This document shows positions 8,171 through 16,852 of a DNA stretch of 31,206 nucleotides, piece by piece (position 1 is the first letter of the stretch; each line of letters opens with the position of its first letter). Both the position numbers and the translations under genes were made by a program. The notes under the pieces were generated by a model. The model was given only the letters and a program-made list of their open reading frames with translations, did not search any database and was not told the origin of the DNA. Origin of the DNA: an uncultured Oscillospiraceae bacterium (lineage in GTDB: Bacteria; Bacillota; Clostridia; Oscillospirales; Acutalibacteraceae). The DNA lies in NCBI GenBank assembly GCA_902461995.1, contig CABQAA010000001.1, positions 1-31,206 of the forward strand. The letters run 5' to 3'.

Positions 8171-9187
8171 ATGGCAATACTGATTACGGGCGGATGCGGT
8201 TATATCGGCAGCCACACCTGCATTGAGCTGATCAAGGCGGGCTGTGATATCGTGGTGCTCGACAACTATTACAACTCGAAACCCGAGGCGCTCCGCCGCA
8301 CCAGAGAACTGGCGGGCCGGGACTTCCCGTTCTATGAATGCGACATTCGCGACCGGGACGGCCTGCGCAAAATTTTTGCGGCGCACAAAATCGACGCGGT
8401 CGTGCATTTCGCGGGACTCAAGGCGGTGGGCGAATCGGTCCACAAGCCCCTCGAGTACTATGAAAACAACGTCGGCGGCACGGTGACGCTCTGCCAGGTC
8501 ATGGCCGAGGCCGGCTGCAAGAGGATGGTGTTCAGTTCCTCCGCGACGGTGTACGGGATGAATAACCCCTCCCCGCTCAAAGAGGATATGCCGACCGGTT
8601 CAGTTACCAATCCCTACGGCCGCACCAAGTTCATGATCGAGGGTATCCTCGAGGATCTCTGTGTCTCGGATCCGGAATGGTCGGCGGTGCTGCTGCGGTA
8701 CTTCAATCCCATCGGCGCACATGAGAGCGGACGTATCGGCGAAGATCCGAACGGCATTCCGAACAATCTGATGCCCTATATCTCCCAGGTTGCCATCGGG
8801 AAGCTCAAGCAGTTGTCGGTCTTCGGCGACGACTACGACACCCATGACGGTACCGGCGTGCGGGATTACATCCATGTGGTGGATCTGGCCGTGGGCCACG
8901 TTAAGGCGGTCGATTACGCCATGAAGCATCAGGGGGCCGAAGCGATCAACCTCGGCACTGGCACCGGTTACAGTGTGCTCGACCTGGTGAATGCATTTGA
9001 ACGGGAAAATCAGGTGAAAGTCCCCTATGTCATCGCTCCCCGCCGGGCCGGCGATATCGCCACCTGCTATTCCGATCCGTCCAAGGCGGAACGGCTCCTT
9101 GGCTGGAAGGCCGTCCACGATGTCGGTGACATGGTGCGGGATTCCTGGCGCTGGCAGTCCCAGAACCCCAAAGGTTTTGATGACTGA
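8171..9187 (+). CDS. galE: UDP-glucose/UDP-GlcNAc 4-epimerase
   Basis: GGCGYIGSH, HFAGLKAVGES, FSSSATVYG, YGRTK (YxxxK), LRYFNPIGAHESG, DGTGVRDYIHV; RBS aggagg. Confidence 0.97.
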   Translation: MAILITGGCGYIGSHTCIELIKAGCDIVVLDNYYNSKPEALRRTRELAGRDFPFYECDIRDRDGLRKIFAAHKIDAVVHFAGLKAVGESVHKPLEYYENNVGGTVTLCQVMAEAGCKRMVFSSSATVYGMNNPSPLKEDMPTGSVTNPYGRTKFMIEGILEDLCVSDPEWSAVLLRYFNPIGAHESGRIGEDPNGIPNNLMPYISQVAIGKLKQLSVFGDDYDTHDGTGVRDYIHVVDLAVGHVKAVDYAMKHQGAEAINLGTGTGYSVLDLVNAFERENQVKVPYVIAPRRAGDIATCYSDPSKAERLLGWKAVHDVGDMVRDSWRWQSQNPKGFDD

Positions 9188-9201
9188 CCGGAAGCGGATA
9201 C

Positions 9202-9236
9202 AAAACGGCGCGGTCCGATAGGGCCGCGCCGTTTTT
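9202..9236 (+). terminator. Intrinsic terminator of galE
   Basis: aaaacggcgcggtcc-gata-gggccgcgccgttttt. Confidence 0.85.
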
Positions 9237-9322
9237 CCAACTTTGTTGATCCAGACGCCAACAATTCACTTTTTCACGGTACTACTATAGCAGACCGATC
9301 AAATGGACGGGGAGGTGACAAG

Positions 9323-10933
9323 GTGGACTCAAAGGAGGACCTGATCCGGCGGTATGCCAAAAAGATCTATGGCTTTGCCTATTCCAAGACACACCATACG
9401 CAGGACGCCGAGGACCTGGCCCAGGAGATTCTGGCGGCTTTGTGCGCCGCCGCCGCGGCTCCGGACATCGCCTATATGGACGCTTATATATACCGGGTGT
9501 GCTGCTATACCTGGTCCAAGTTTCTGCGGCGGAACAAACCCCATTGGGAAGCGCGGAACAACGAGACCGCGTTCGAGGTCCTGCCCGCCGGCGAGACTGT
9601 CGAAAACGAGCTGGCCGAGCAGGAGCTGTATGAGGCGCTCCGGCGGGAGGTGATGTATCTGAGCCGGACCAGGCGGGAAATCCTGATCCTGTTCTATTAT
9701 GACAACCGCTCCGGAGACGAGATCGCCCGACAGCTGGCGCTTTCCCCCTCCACAGTCCGTTGGCACCTCCGCCGGGCGAGAAGTGAACTGAAGGAGAGAT
9801 TGGATATGAACGTATCACAAGGACTGTACCGGCCCGTACGGCTGAACGTCGGACACAGCGGATGGGTCCGGGAGTACGACATGAACGGGCTGTGCAGCGA
9901 TATCCTGATGCAGAACCTCTGCTATGTCTGCTACGGCAAGGCAAAAACCGTTGAGGAGATGGCCCGCACGCTGGGCGTGGCGGCGGTTTACCTGGAGGAT
10001 AAGATCGAAAAGCTCCTCTACATGGATTATCTGGAGAAGGTCGGCGCAGGGCGGTACCGGACCAACTTTTTCATCCGGGACAAGCGCTTTAAAACAGCCC
10101 GGGAGATGTTTCGGTATAAAAACATTCCGCCGCTGGCCCTGCAGTTTTATGAAACCGTGCGAGCCGCTTTGCCGGATATCCGCCGGATTGGATTCATCGG
10201 CTGCGAGGCGGGGGACGAGGAGCTGCTGTGGAACCTTCTGCCCTTCTTCATCATGATGAAGACCGCCGAAATCGACGAAAGCATCCTGGCCGAGGCGCAT
10301 CTGGAGCACCGCCGTCCGATCCGGAAGGACGGGACCGAACACTGGGTCATGGCCTCCCTCGAGGATCCGGCCCCACCCACTTGTCCGCCCGACGTGCAGG
10401 AGTTTATGGAAAAGAGCGGGTGCTTCGGGATCAAAACCCGAAGCGCCGATACCATACGTTCTCTGCAGTTCGATCTGGCTCTGCTGGGCGGATGGCGGGA
10501 GTTTGACGGGAAAGAGCTCGAGGCGCTCAGGCGGGTGAAAACCATCCTGCAGACCGGCGAAACCCCGAACGAATACGACAAAAGCCGGATTGCCGAACTG
10601 GCGGGAAAGGGATTTGTGAAAGTGCGGGACGGCCGGATCACGATGCAGATTCCCTATTTCACGACGGAACAGGTCGAAAGCCTCCGCGGCCTGCTGAAGG
10701 AAAGCGCCCGAACACATTTTGACGACCGGGAGGCGAAAGCGCTGTTTTTGAAATACGCGAAGTTCATCGATCCCTACATCCCGGCCTTTGTGGATGAAAA
10801 CGAGCGGCGGCACGTGGCGACCAGCTTGGATCCGCAGGCGGCGTCGATGTATCTGCTGGTCCAAAACGGCTATCTTCACCAGCCGGACGACGAACAGAAA
10901 AAGCGCTTCTGTACCCTCGTCTGGGAAACTTGA
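9323..10933 (+). CDS. ECF sigma factor with a ~375 aa soluble C-terminal extension
   Basis: Region 2 (DAEDLAQEI) and region 4 (LSRTRREILILFYY...IARQLALSPSTVRWHLRRAR) in residues 1-160; extension has a wHTH-like KTVEEMARTLGVAAVYLEDKIEKL; RBS ggaggtg before GTG. Confidence 0.85.
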   Translation: MDSKEDLIRRYAKKIYGFAYSKTHHTQDAEDLAQEILAALCAAAAAPDIAYMDAYIYRVCCYTWSKFLRRNKPHWEARNNETAFEVLPAGETVENELAEQELYEALRREVMYLSRTRREILILFYYDNRSGDEIARQLALSPSTVRWHLRRARSELKERLDMNVSQGLYRPVRLNVGHSGWVREYDMNGLCSDILMQNLCYVCYGKAKTVEEMARTLGVAAVYLEDKIEKLLYMDYLEKVGAGRYRTNFFIRDKRFKTAREMFRYKNIPPLALQFYETVRAALPDIRRIGFIGCEAGDEELLWNLLPFFIMMKTAEIDESILAEAHLEHRRPIRKDGTEHWVMASLEDPAPPTCPPDVQEFMEKSGCFGIKTRSADTIRSLQFDLALLGGWREFDGKELEALRRVKTILQTGETPNEYDKSRIAELAGKGFVKVRDGRITMQIPYFTTEQVESLRGLLKESARTHFDDREAKALFLKYAKFIDPYIPAFVDENERRHVATSLDPQAASMYLLVQNGYLHQPDDEQKKRFCTLVWET

Positions 10934-10941
10934 AGACTTGA

Positions 10942-10987
10942 CAATCCTCGGAATGGTTTGTATCCATTCCGGGGGTTGCCTTATTTA
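10942..10987 (+). terminator. Intrinsic terminator after the extended ECF gene
   Basis: caatcctcggaatgg / ccattccgggggttg stem (G.U pairs) followed by ccttattta. Confidence 0.65.
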
Positions 10988-11192
10988 CGGCTTATCGCTT
11001 CTAAAGACGAGCGAGAGGGCGGCGTCCTCTTTTAGATTTCAGTTGCTTTCAAGCGCCGTAAAGGGTAAAATTGGGATTATACAGCGCCGGATGACGCCGA
11101 TCTGGATGCGGTTCATGGCGGAAACACGCGGGTTTCCGCCATTTTTTGAGTGGAGTCATACATTTATGTAAACGAATGGATCGGAGGATACC

Positions 11193-11651
11193 ATGAAAGA
11201 ACCCCACATTCTGCTGGCACCGGACTCATTTAAAGGCAGTTTGTCGAGTACAGAAGCCGCGTCTTGTATGGAAGAAGGTATACGACGCGTATATCCAGAT
11301 GCGGTTATACGGTCCGTTCCGATTGCGGACGGCGGGGAAGGGACTGTCGAAGCGCTTGTGACGGCCCTCGGCGGTACCTATAAAACCCAGATCGTGACCG
11401 GACCCTTGGGTGGACCGGTCAAAACAAAGTGGGGAGTCCCCGTTTTGGCCATCGCGGGGGGTTTGAGCGGATCGCTGACCCCGCTCTACGAGCTTGGAGT
11501 CCGCGCCGTGATGGGGATAACGCCCCGGCCCATGGCGCTGCACGATGCATTGGAGCAGGCGGAGATGCTGCTCGCAGACGCATCGGAAAGAGCCATGCAG
11601 TTGCTCCAATTGGGGACAGAAATTTGTTTTCACGCGGCGGATGCCGATTGA
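11193..11651 (+). pseudogene. glxK: Glycerate kinase (GlxK/GarK family) with a large in-frame internal deletion
   Basis: N-terminal APDSFKGSL and PIADGGEGT...VTGPLG run directly into the C-terminal VPVLAIAG; 152 aa against ~380 aa for the family. Confidence 0.85.
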
Positions 11652-11804
11652 CCGACGGTATGTAAGCACCCGAGCGCGTCCACATATCCGAAGACCGAAC
11701 CATAGTCAAATGGTCCGGTCTTCTTTTTGTTTGAAGGGCGCAGGCTCGTGCTAGATGGTTGTGCAAATGGGGAATACCGGTATCTTTTCAAGAAGAAACC
11801 GGCA

Positions 11805-12209
11805 TCAAATGGACTTATAAAACAGAATTTCAAGCGGTTCCCCAGCGGGGAAAAAACTGCCGATCGCCTGATATCCCCACTTTGTATAAACATGCTGGGC
11901 CGATTCGGTCTGCGCTGTCGAGGTCATCGCGGCGGTATAGCCGAGCCGTTTCATTTCCTGTTCCCAATACGTGACCAGAGCGGTTCCAATGCCCTTTCCC
12001 CTGTACTTTTCCAAAACGTGCAGCATATATAAAAAAGGGGTGTTGTCCCAGAAAAGGCCGTATCGCAGCCAGGCGGTCCTGGTCGATTCTTCTGCGGCAA
12101 CATAGACTTGGCCCATGCCTATCTTTTGCTGCAGGGTATCCCGGCGGATCCAGCGGTCATGCGCGAGAATCCAGTTCGTGTCGTCGTATGCAGCGGAACG
12201 AATATGCAT
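11805..12209 (-). CDS. GNAT family N-acetyltransferase
   Basis: Motif A LHVLEKYRGKGIGTALV and AQHVYTKWGY; RBS aaaggag. Confidence 0.88.
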   Translation of the reverse strand: MHIRSAAYDDTNWILAHDRWIRRDTLQQKIGMGQVYVAAEESTRTAWLRYGLFWDNTPFLYMLHVLEKYRGKGIGTALVTYWEQEMKRLGYTAAMTSTAQTESAQHVYTKWGYQAIGSFFPAGEPLEILFYKSI

Positions 12210-12243
12210 GAGGATTACTCCTTTCGTCGTACAAGTTATCCGT

Positions 12244-12364
12244 GGGCCGGTCCTGAAAAACGTTTAAAAAGAGACAAGGTGCGGAGACGGATACGGATGG
12301 GCCATTCCAACGAAGTTGGAATGAGCGGGGCCGGTCCTGAAAAACATTTAAAAAGAGACAAGGT
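12244..12364. repeat. Two 37-bp direct repeats (12244-12280, 12328-12364) around a 47-bp spacer
   Basis: gggccggtcctgaaaaac(g/a)tttaaaaagagacaaggt with 1 mismatch; the spacer contains the hairpin cattccaac-gaa-gttggaatg. Confidence 0.9.
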
Positions 12365-12375
12365 CTGGGACCGGC

Positions 12376-14154
12376 TTAGAGGCTTGGAAACACGAGGGTA
12401 AAACAGGTCAGTCCCTCCTGCGTGACCGATACATGAACGCCGCTGCCGGGCACGCCGTAGAGTTGGAGGCGGCGATGGATATTGACAAGAGCCAGGCCGC
12501 CGTTGATATGAGCGTCCGGAGATGAACCGGTGTTCTCCTGCAGAGTCCGGTTCATCCGTTCCGCTTCTTCAGATGTCAGGGAATCACCGCTGTTATAAAC
12601 GGAAACGGTCAGCGTCTGTTCCTGTTTCCGGGCTGTAATACGGATCAGCCCCTCTCCGCCGCTTTTTTCGAGGCCGTGGGTGAAGGCATTTTCCACAATC
12701 GGCTGCAGGGTCATCCGCAGAATGGGCAGAGGAAGGGTGGAGGCGGGTATATCGAGTTCCAGCCGAACTTCCGAATCGAAGCGGATGCGCATAATCGTCA
12801 GATAATGCTTGACACAGGTCAATTCCTCCTCGAGGGCGGCGGTTCCCGATGCCCCGATGGCATAGCGGAAAATCTTGGCCATGGAGGAGGTGATGGTCGC
12901 CACTGACTGGACATGATGTTCCAGAGCGATGCTTTGGATGCATTCCAATGTATTGTAGAGAAAATGGGGGTTGATCTGACTTTGCAGGGCCAGCATTTGG
13001 CTCTTTTTTTCGGCCAGTTCCAGCTCATACAGATGATTTTGCGTTGCCAGGATCTGGCGGGCCGACTCGTTCAGTTCATCGAGCATGGTGTTGATGTGGC
13101 CGGCCAGATTCCCGAGTTCATTGCGGGAGGGGCTTTTAATCCGCAGGCCACGGTCTCCCAGGCTGACCTTCGACATGTCCTCCGCCATGGAACGGATGGG
13201 GTGGTAGATTCCCCGGATGAGCAGAAAAGCCATCAGCAGGATGAGCAGGGCGCTGCAGGTAGAGAGCACCACCGTAAACAGACGGATGTTATCCATCTGA
13301 GCGGACAAGGCCTTCTGGGGCACGGCTGTCAGAATCTTCCACTTTACATCGCTCAGTGAAGAAATTGTATAATAATAGGGTACACCCTCATACCGGACGG
13401 AGGAGATGGAGGATGAGAGGGGACGACCCTTTTGGCGGCAGGCTTCGATGAAGGCAGCAGCATCTACGTCGCCCGTGCTGGAGAGCAGAGTGTCCTGTTC
13501 GTCCATGACCAAGCAGGCAGTGGAACGGATGAAATGGCTGGAATCCTGCTCTTCCAGGATGCTGTCTAGATTGATCAGAACCAGCGCGGTGCCGATATAC
13601 TCCCGGAAGGTATCCAGCTCAATCGACCGGATGGGATAGACATAAGCATAATATGACGCCTCGCGCTCGCTGGAGAGACGGGGCAGCGTGAAAAAAGGCT
13701 TTTCCGGCTGCACATGGAGCAGATCGTACTGCTGAGTGAGCAGAAACATGGCCACGGGTTCTTCTTCGGCCGCGGAGATGGTGGTTTCGGCGGACAGAAT
13801 CTTGATGGTTTCGATGCAGTCGTTGAGCGCCACGATATTCAGCAGAGAGTTGACGAAGGTCTTGTGCGTTTCCCGATCGCCGCCGTTTTGAAGATAGGCC
13901 TGAAACTGGCGGGTATTGCAGATGTTCTGGACGGCATGCTCCACAAAGGCGTTGTTTGACCGGACGTTTTGCTCGATCTGGGTGCTGATGCTGGAAAAAT
14001 AGGTGCCGGACTGCTCTTCCAGGGCTTTGGAAGAGACCGCGTAAAACAGGATATTCATGGCGATCAGGGCCAGCAGAATGACTGTCAGCATCAGCACGAT
14101 CAGGGATTTTAGCTGAATGTTGGCGAAGCGTAAAGAGAGTTTTCGCGGGTGCAT
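12376..14154 (-). CDS. YesM/LytS-type sensor histidine kinase (two TM helices, extracellular sensor, HAMP)
   Basis: ALQSQINPHFLYNTLE, LQPIVENAFTHG, GLALVNIHRRLQL; HAMP region RNELGNLAGHINTM; start ATG 14154 after aaggtgg. Confidence 0.92.
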   Translation of the reverse strand: MHPRKLSLRFANIQLKSLIVLMLTVILLALIAMNILFYAVSSKALEEQSGTYFSSISTQIEQNVRSNNAFVEHAVQNICNTRQFQAYLQNGGDRETHKTFVNSLLNIVALNDCIETIKILSAETTISAAEEEPVAMFLLTQQYDLLHVQPEKPFFTLPRLSSEREASYYAYVYPIRSIELDTFREYIGTALVLINLDSILEEQDSSHFIRSTACLVMDEQDTLLSSTGDVDAAAFIEACRQKGRPLSSSISSVRYEGVPYYYTISSLSDVKWKILTAVPQKALSAQMDNIRLFTVVLSTCSALLILLMAFLLIRGIYHPIRSMAEDMSKVSLGDRGLRIKSPSRNELGNLAGHINTMLDELNESARQILATQNHLYELELAEKKSQMLALQSQINPHFLYNTLECIQSIALEHHVQSVATITSSMAKIFRYAIGASGTAALEEELTCVKHYLTIMRIRFDSEVRLELDIPASTLPLPILRMTLQPIVENAFTHGLEKSGGEGLIRITARKQEQTLTVSVYNSGDSLTSEEAERMNRTLQENTGSSPDAHINGGLALVNIHRRLQLYGVPGSGVHVSVTQEGLTCFTLVFPSL

Positions 14155-14278
14155 GACGACCACCTTCCGAAATAATGACAAAAATTCCGATAAGATTCCA
14201 TTTAAAACAGGTCAGATTTCACTATATACTAAAACCACAGGATTTGCAACCAGCAAAATACGAGGGGTGAAGCCGGTG

Positions 14279-16816
14279 ATGAAACGCATGGGCATTTGTC
14301 TGCTGTGCGCCGGAATGGTGTTGTCTATGGCGGGATGTGACAAGGGAGGCGGCAGCAGTTCGAGCGGGCGCATTCCCAATCGGGAAGAGGTCAGTTCGAC
14401 CACTTCCTTGCCGGATGATATTGTGATTGGGGACAGCACCACCGGGGGAAACTCGGTCTCGGGCGGGGATGATCCCGGGGGGAACATTGAACCCGATACG
14501 TCCTCGGGATCGGAGGCGACATCACCGATGGTCTTGAAAAACGACTTTTCCTCCAAAACCGACAGTGTCCTGGAATCCCAGGTCGGGTACAGCCGGTACG
14601 GCTATAAGGCGGTTTACATCCGTTCTACAGCGAACCCGGGCGACGGCCGGTTTTATGCGGACTTTTCCCTGGTAAACGCCTCGAACGGCAAGGAGGCCTA
14701 CAAAGGCCGGGCCGTCTATTGGGGAGCAAAATGGGACAGTTACTGGTGGACAGCGGACTTTTCCGACTTTCAGGAGGACGGGGAGTATATCCTGCAGATC
14801 CACGGCAAAAACGAAACCCTGAAGTCCCAAAAAATTCAGATCGGCAAACAGATTTTAACCGACGCTTCCCTCCAGATGGTGCTGTTTGATCAGCTGGACG
14901 CCCGCCGTTCGGCGGGCAAGCTCGGCTGGCGGGACAGTTCGACCGATGAACTGCGGGAACTGCAGGCCAACGTCATCGCGATAGAAACCCTCTGCGACGT
15001 GTACGATACCATGTTCGACCGTCTGTCCGGCGTCAACCAGCGCAAGCTGATCGACAACATCCAATTCGGCTGCACCTATCTGTTGGCCCTGCAGGAAAAA
15101 ACCAACGATCCCATGACGAACGGCCGGTTCAAGCACGATCTGTACGACACCCAGTACAGCGCGCCCAAGATCCGTAATTTTTACGATATCGTCAATGCCA
15201 TGGCCGCCCTCGCGCGCAGTTACGGCATTATCAAAGAGTTTGATTCCGCGGCGGCAGAAACCTATAAAGAGGCATTCGAACTGAGTTATGCCCTGTGTGT
15301 TCTCCGCCCCTATTACCTGGAGTCCGAGTTTACCCTGGAAGTACCGGAGGGCCGCAAGGGAACCACAAGCGCCGCCAAAATCCGGTATGGAATCTCAAGC
15401 ATGCTCTGGGAATTCCCCACGACGCTGCGGACCAGAGACCGGCTGATGTTCATGAAAGCCTGCACGGCCATGTACAAGAGCACGGGGGACGGCCAATATA
15501 TGGCCAAGGCGAAGGAATTGGCTGCTCAGGTGGCCGATCGTCAGTATACCGACGTAGCGAACGCTCCGGACGGCTGTTTCGGTATGTTCAAGGAGTTCGA
15601 CAACAACGAAACCGCCTTCATGCTGGATTGGCTCCAGAGTTTCGGGCAGAACCTCGGCAATATCCAGCCGACCGATCTCGGTCCGTTTATCGATCTCATC
15701 GCCTATGAACCGGCCAGTCCGGACGCTGCCCGGTGGCACAACGTTGTTGCCACCTTTACACAGGGATATGTCAAGCGGACGGCAGAACTGACTCCCCTCG
15801 GGATCTATCCGGTCGGCGCCTATGCGGATGCGCAGAACGGCGGGATCAAGTTCTTTCAGTCCATCTCCCACGGGGCCAATAACCTCTATGGCTTGATGGG
15901 GCGGAATATGACGATTCTGGGGAGTTATCTGAACGACGGCAGCCTGCAGCGGCTGGCCCAGCGGAACACCCAGTTCATCGTCGGGCTGAATCCCGGCATG
16001 CCGAATGCCTACAAGGAAACAAAATGGACCTCCTATTCGTTCATCTACGGGCTCGGCACCCGGAATTTCAAAGGCTTTTACGGGAAAGGCGCGACCTATA
16101 CGCCGCCTCTCGGCAGCGGTATCAACGGCTTCACGGCGGCACCCCAGTTTACGGAGCGCCGCATCGGGGAAGATCCGGATCTGCCCAAAGGCATACTGGA
16201 TGAGAATGGAAATTACCAGTTTAATGAGGACTATCTACCCCACGGTATGGGGTATATCAGCGCCGCCGTACTGACCGAGACGCCTTACACGCTGACCCTG
16301 AAAACCCGAAACGGCGGAGCGGCGACGAATGCGAAAGCGACGGTTACCGTCGGTGAGAAGACAGTGGGAAGTTACGAGGTGCCCGCTTCCGGCGAACTGG
16401 TGCTGCGGGATCTGCCGCTCGGTGAATCGGTCACGGTTGAGGTGAGCAAAGACGGAGCATCCATCCGGCGCGTATTCGGAACGGTAGGGGGCGGAAAAAG
16501 CGCCTGGACGGTAGACTTCGAGAATCTGCTGCAACTGCGGGTCACCGCGCCGTCCACGGTTACGTCGGAGGGCGGATCCGTCGGCGTCACGCTCAAGAAC
16601 GCCGGCAGCAAAGCGATGACGGTCACGGTGAAGCTGCTGGCGGACGGAGTATCGCTGGACCGGGATACCCTGACGGCGGAATTGGCGCCCGGACAGGAGA
16701 CGACTTTGTCCGTGAAGGTGTCCTCGGGCGGTTCAAATCGTCCGTACGCTTTGCTGGCACGGGCTGAACATGGCGGGGAGACAACCGGTGTATCGGTGGA
16801 AGGCCTGGCACGGTAA
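14279..16816 (+). CDS. Lipoprotein, divergent GH9-like glycoside hydrolase (Ig-like N-domain, (alpha/alpha)6 barrel, C-terminal Ig-like domains)
   Basis: Lipobox SMAGC and Ser/Gly-rich linker; SQVGY and ADFSDFQEDGEY (CelD_N-type); GWRDSSTD; FIVGLNP; FNEDYLPHG; RBS gaggggtg. Confidence 0.7.
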   Translation: MKRMGICLLCAGMVLSMAGCDKGGGSSSSGRIPNREEVSSTTSLPDDIVIGDSTTGGNSVSGGDDPGGNIEPDTSSGSEATSPMVLKNDFSSKTDSVLESQVGYSRYGYKAVYIRSTANPGDGRFYADFSLVNASNGKEAYKGRAVYWGAKWDSYWWTADFSDFQEDGEYILQIHGKNETLKSQKIQIGKQILTDASLQMVLFDQLDARRSAGKLGWRDSSTDELRELQANVIAIETLCDVYDTMFDRLSGVNQRKLIDNIQFGCTYLLALQEKTNDPMTNGRFKHDLYDTQYSAPKIRNFYDIVNAMAALARSYGIIKEFDSAAAETYKEAFELSYALCVLRPYYLESEFTLEVPEGRKGTTSAAKIRYGISSMLWEFPTTLRTRDRLMFMKACTAMYKSTGDGQYMAKAKELAAQVADRQYTDVANAPDGCFGMFKEFDNNETAFMLDWLQSFGQNLGNIQPTDLGPFIDLIAYEPASPDAARWHNVVATFTQGYVKRTAELTPLGIYPVGAYADAQNGGIKFFQSISHGANNLYGLMGRNMTILGSYLNDGSLQRLAQRNTQFIVGLNPGMPNAYKETKWTSYSFIYGLGTRNFKGFYGKGATYTPPLGSGINGFTAAPQFTERRIGEDPDLPKGILDENGNYQFNEDYLPHGMGYISAAVLTETPYTLTLKTRNGGAATNAKATVTVGEKTVGSYEVPASGELVLRDLPLGESVTVEVSKDGASIRRVFGTVGGGKSAWTVDFENLLQLRVTAPSTVTSEGGSVGVTLKNAGSKAMTVTVKLLADGVSLDRDTLTAELAPGQETTLSVKVSSGGSNRPYALLARAEHGGETTGVSVEGLAR

Positions 16817-16852
16817 CACGGAAACGACAGAGCGGAAAGGATGGGGTTCTAG

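Noticed and set aside
12244..12364. CRISPR array call for the 37-bp repeats
   Set aside because: Only two units, no cas genes, no typical repeat termini or leader; kept only as an unexplained repeat
12108..12401. 97-aa ORF with a repeated AGPEKxLKRDKV peptide
   Set aside because: By-product of the DNA repeat; overlaps two real genes on the opposite strand
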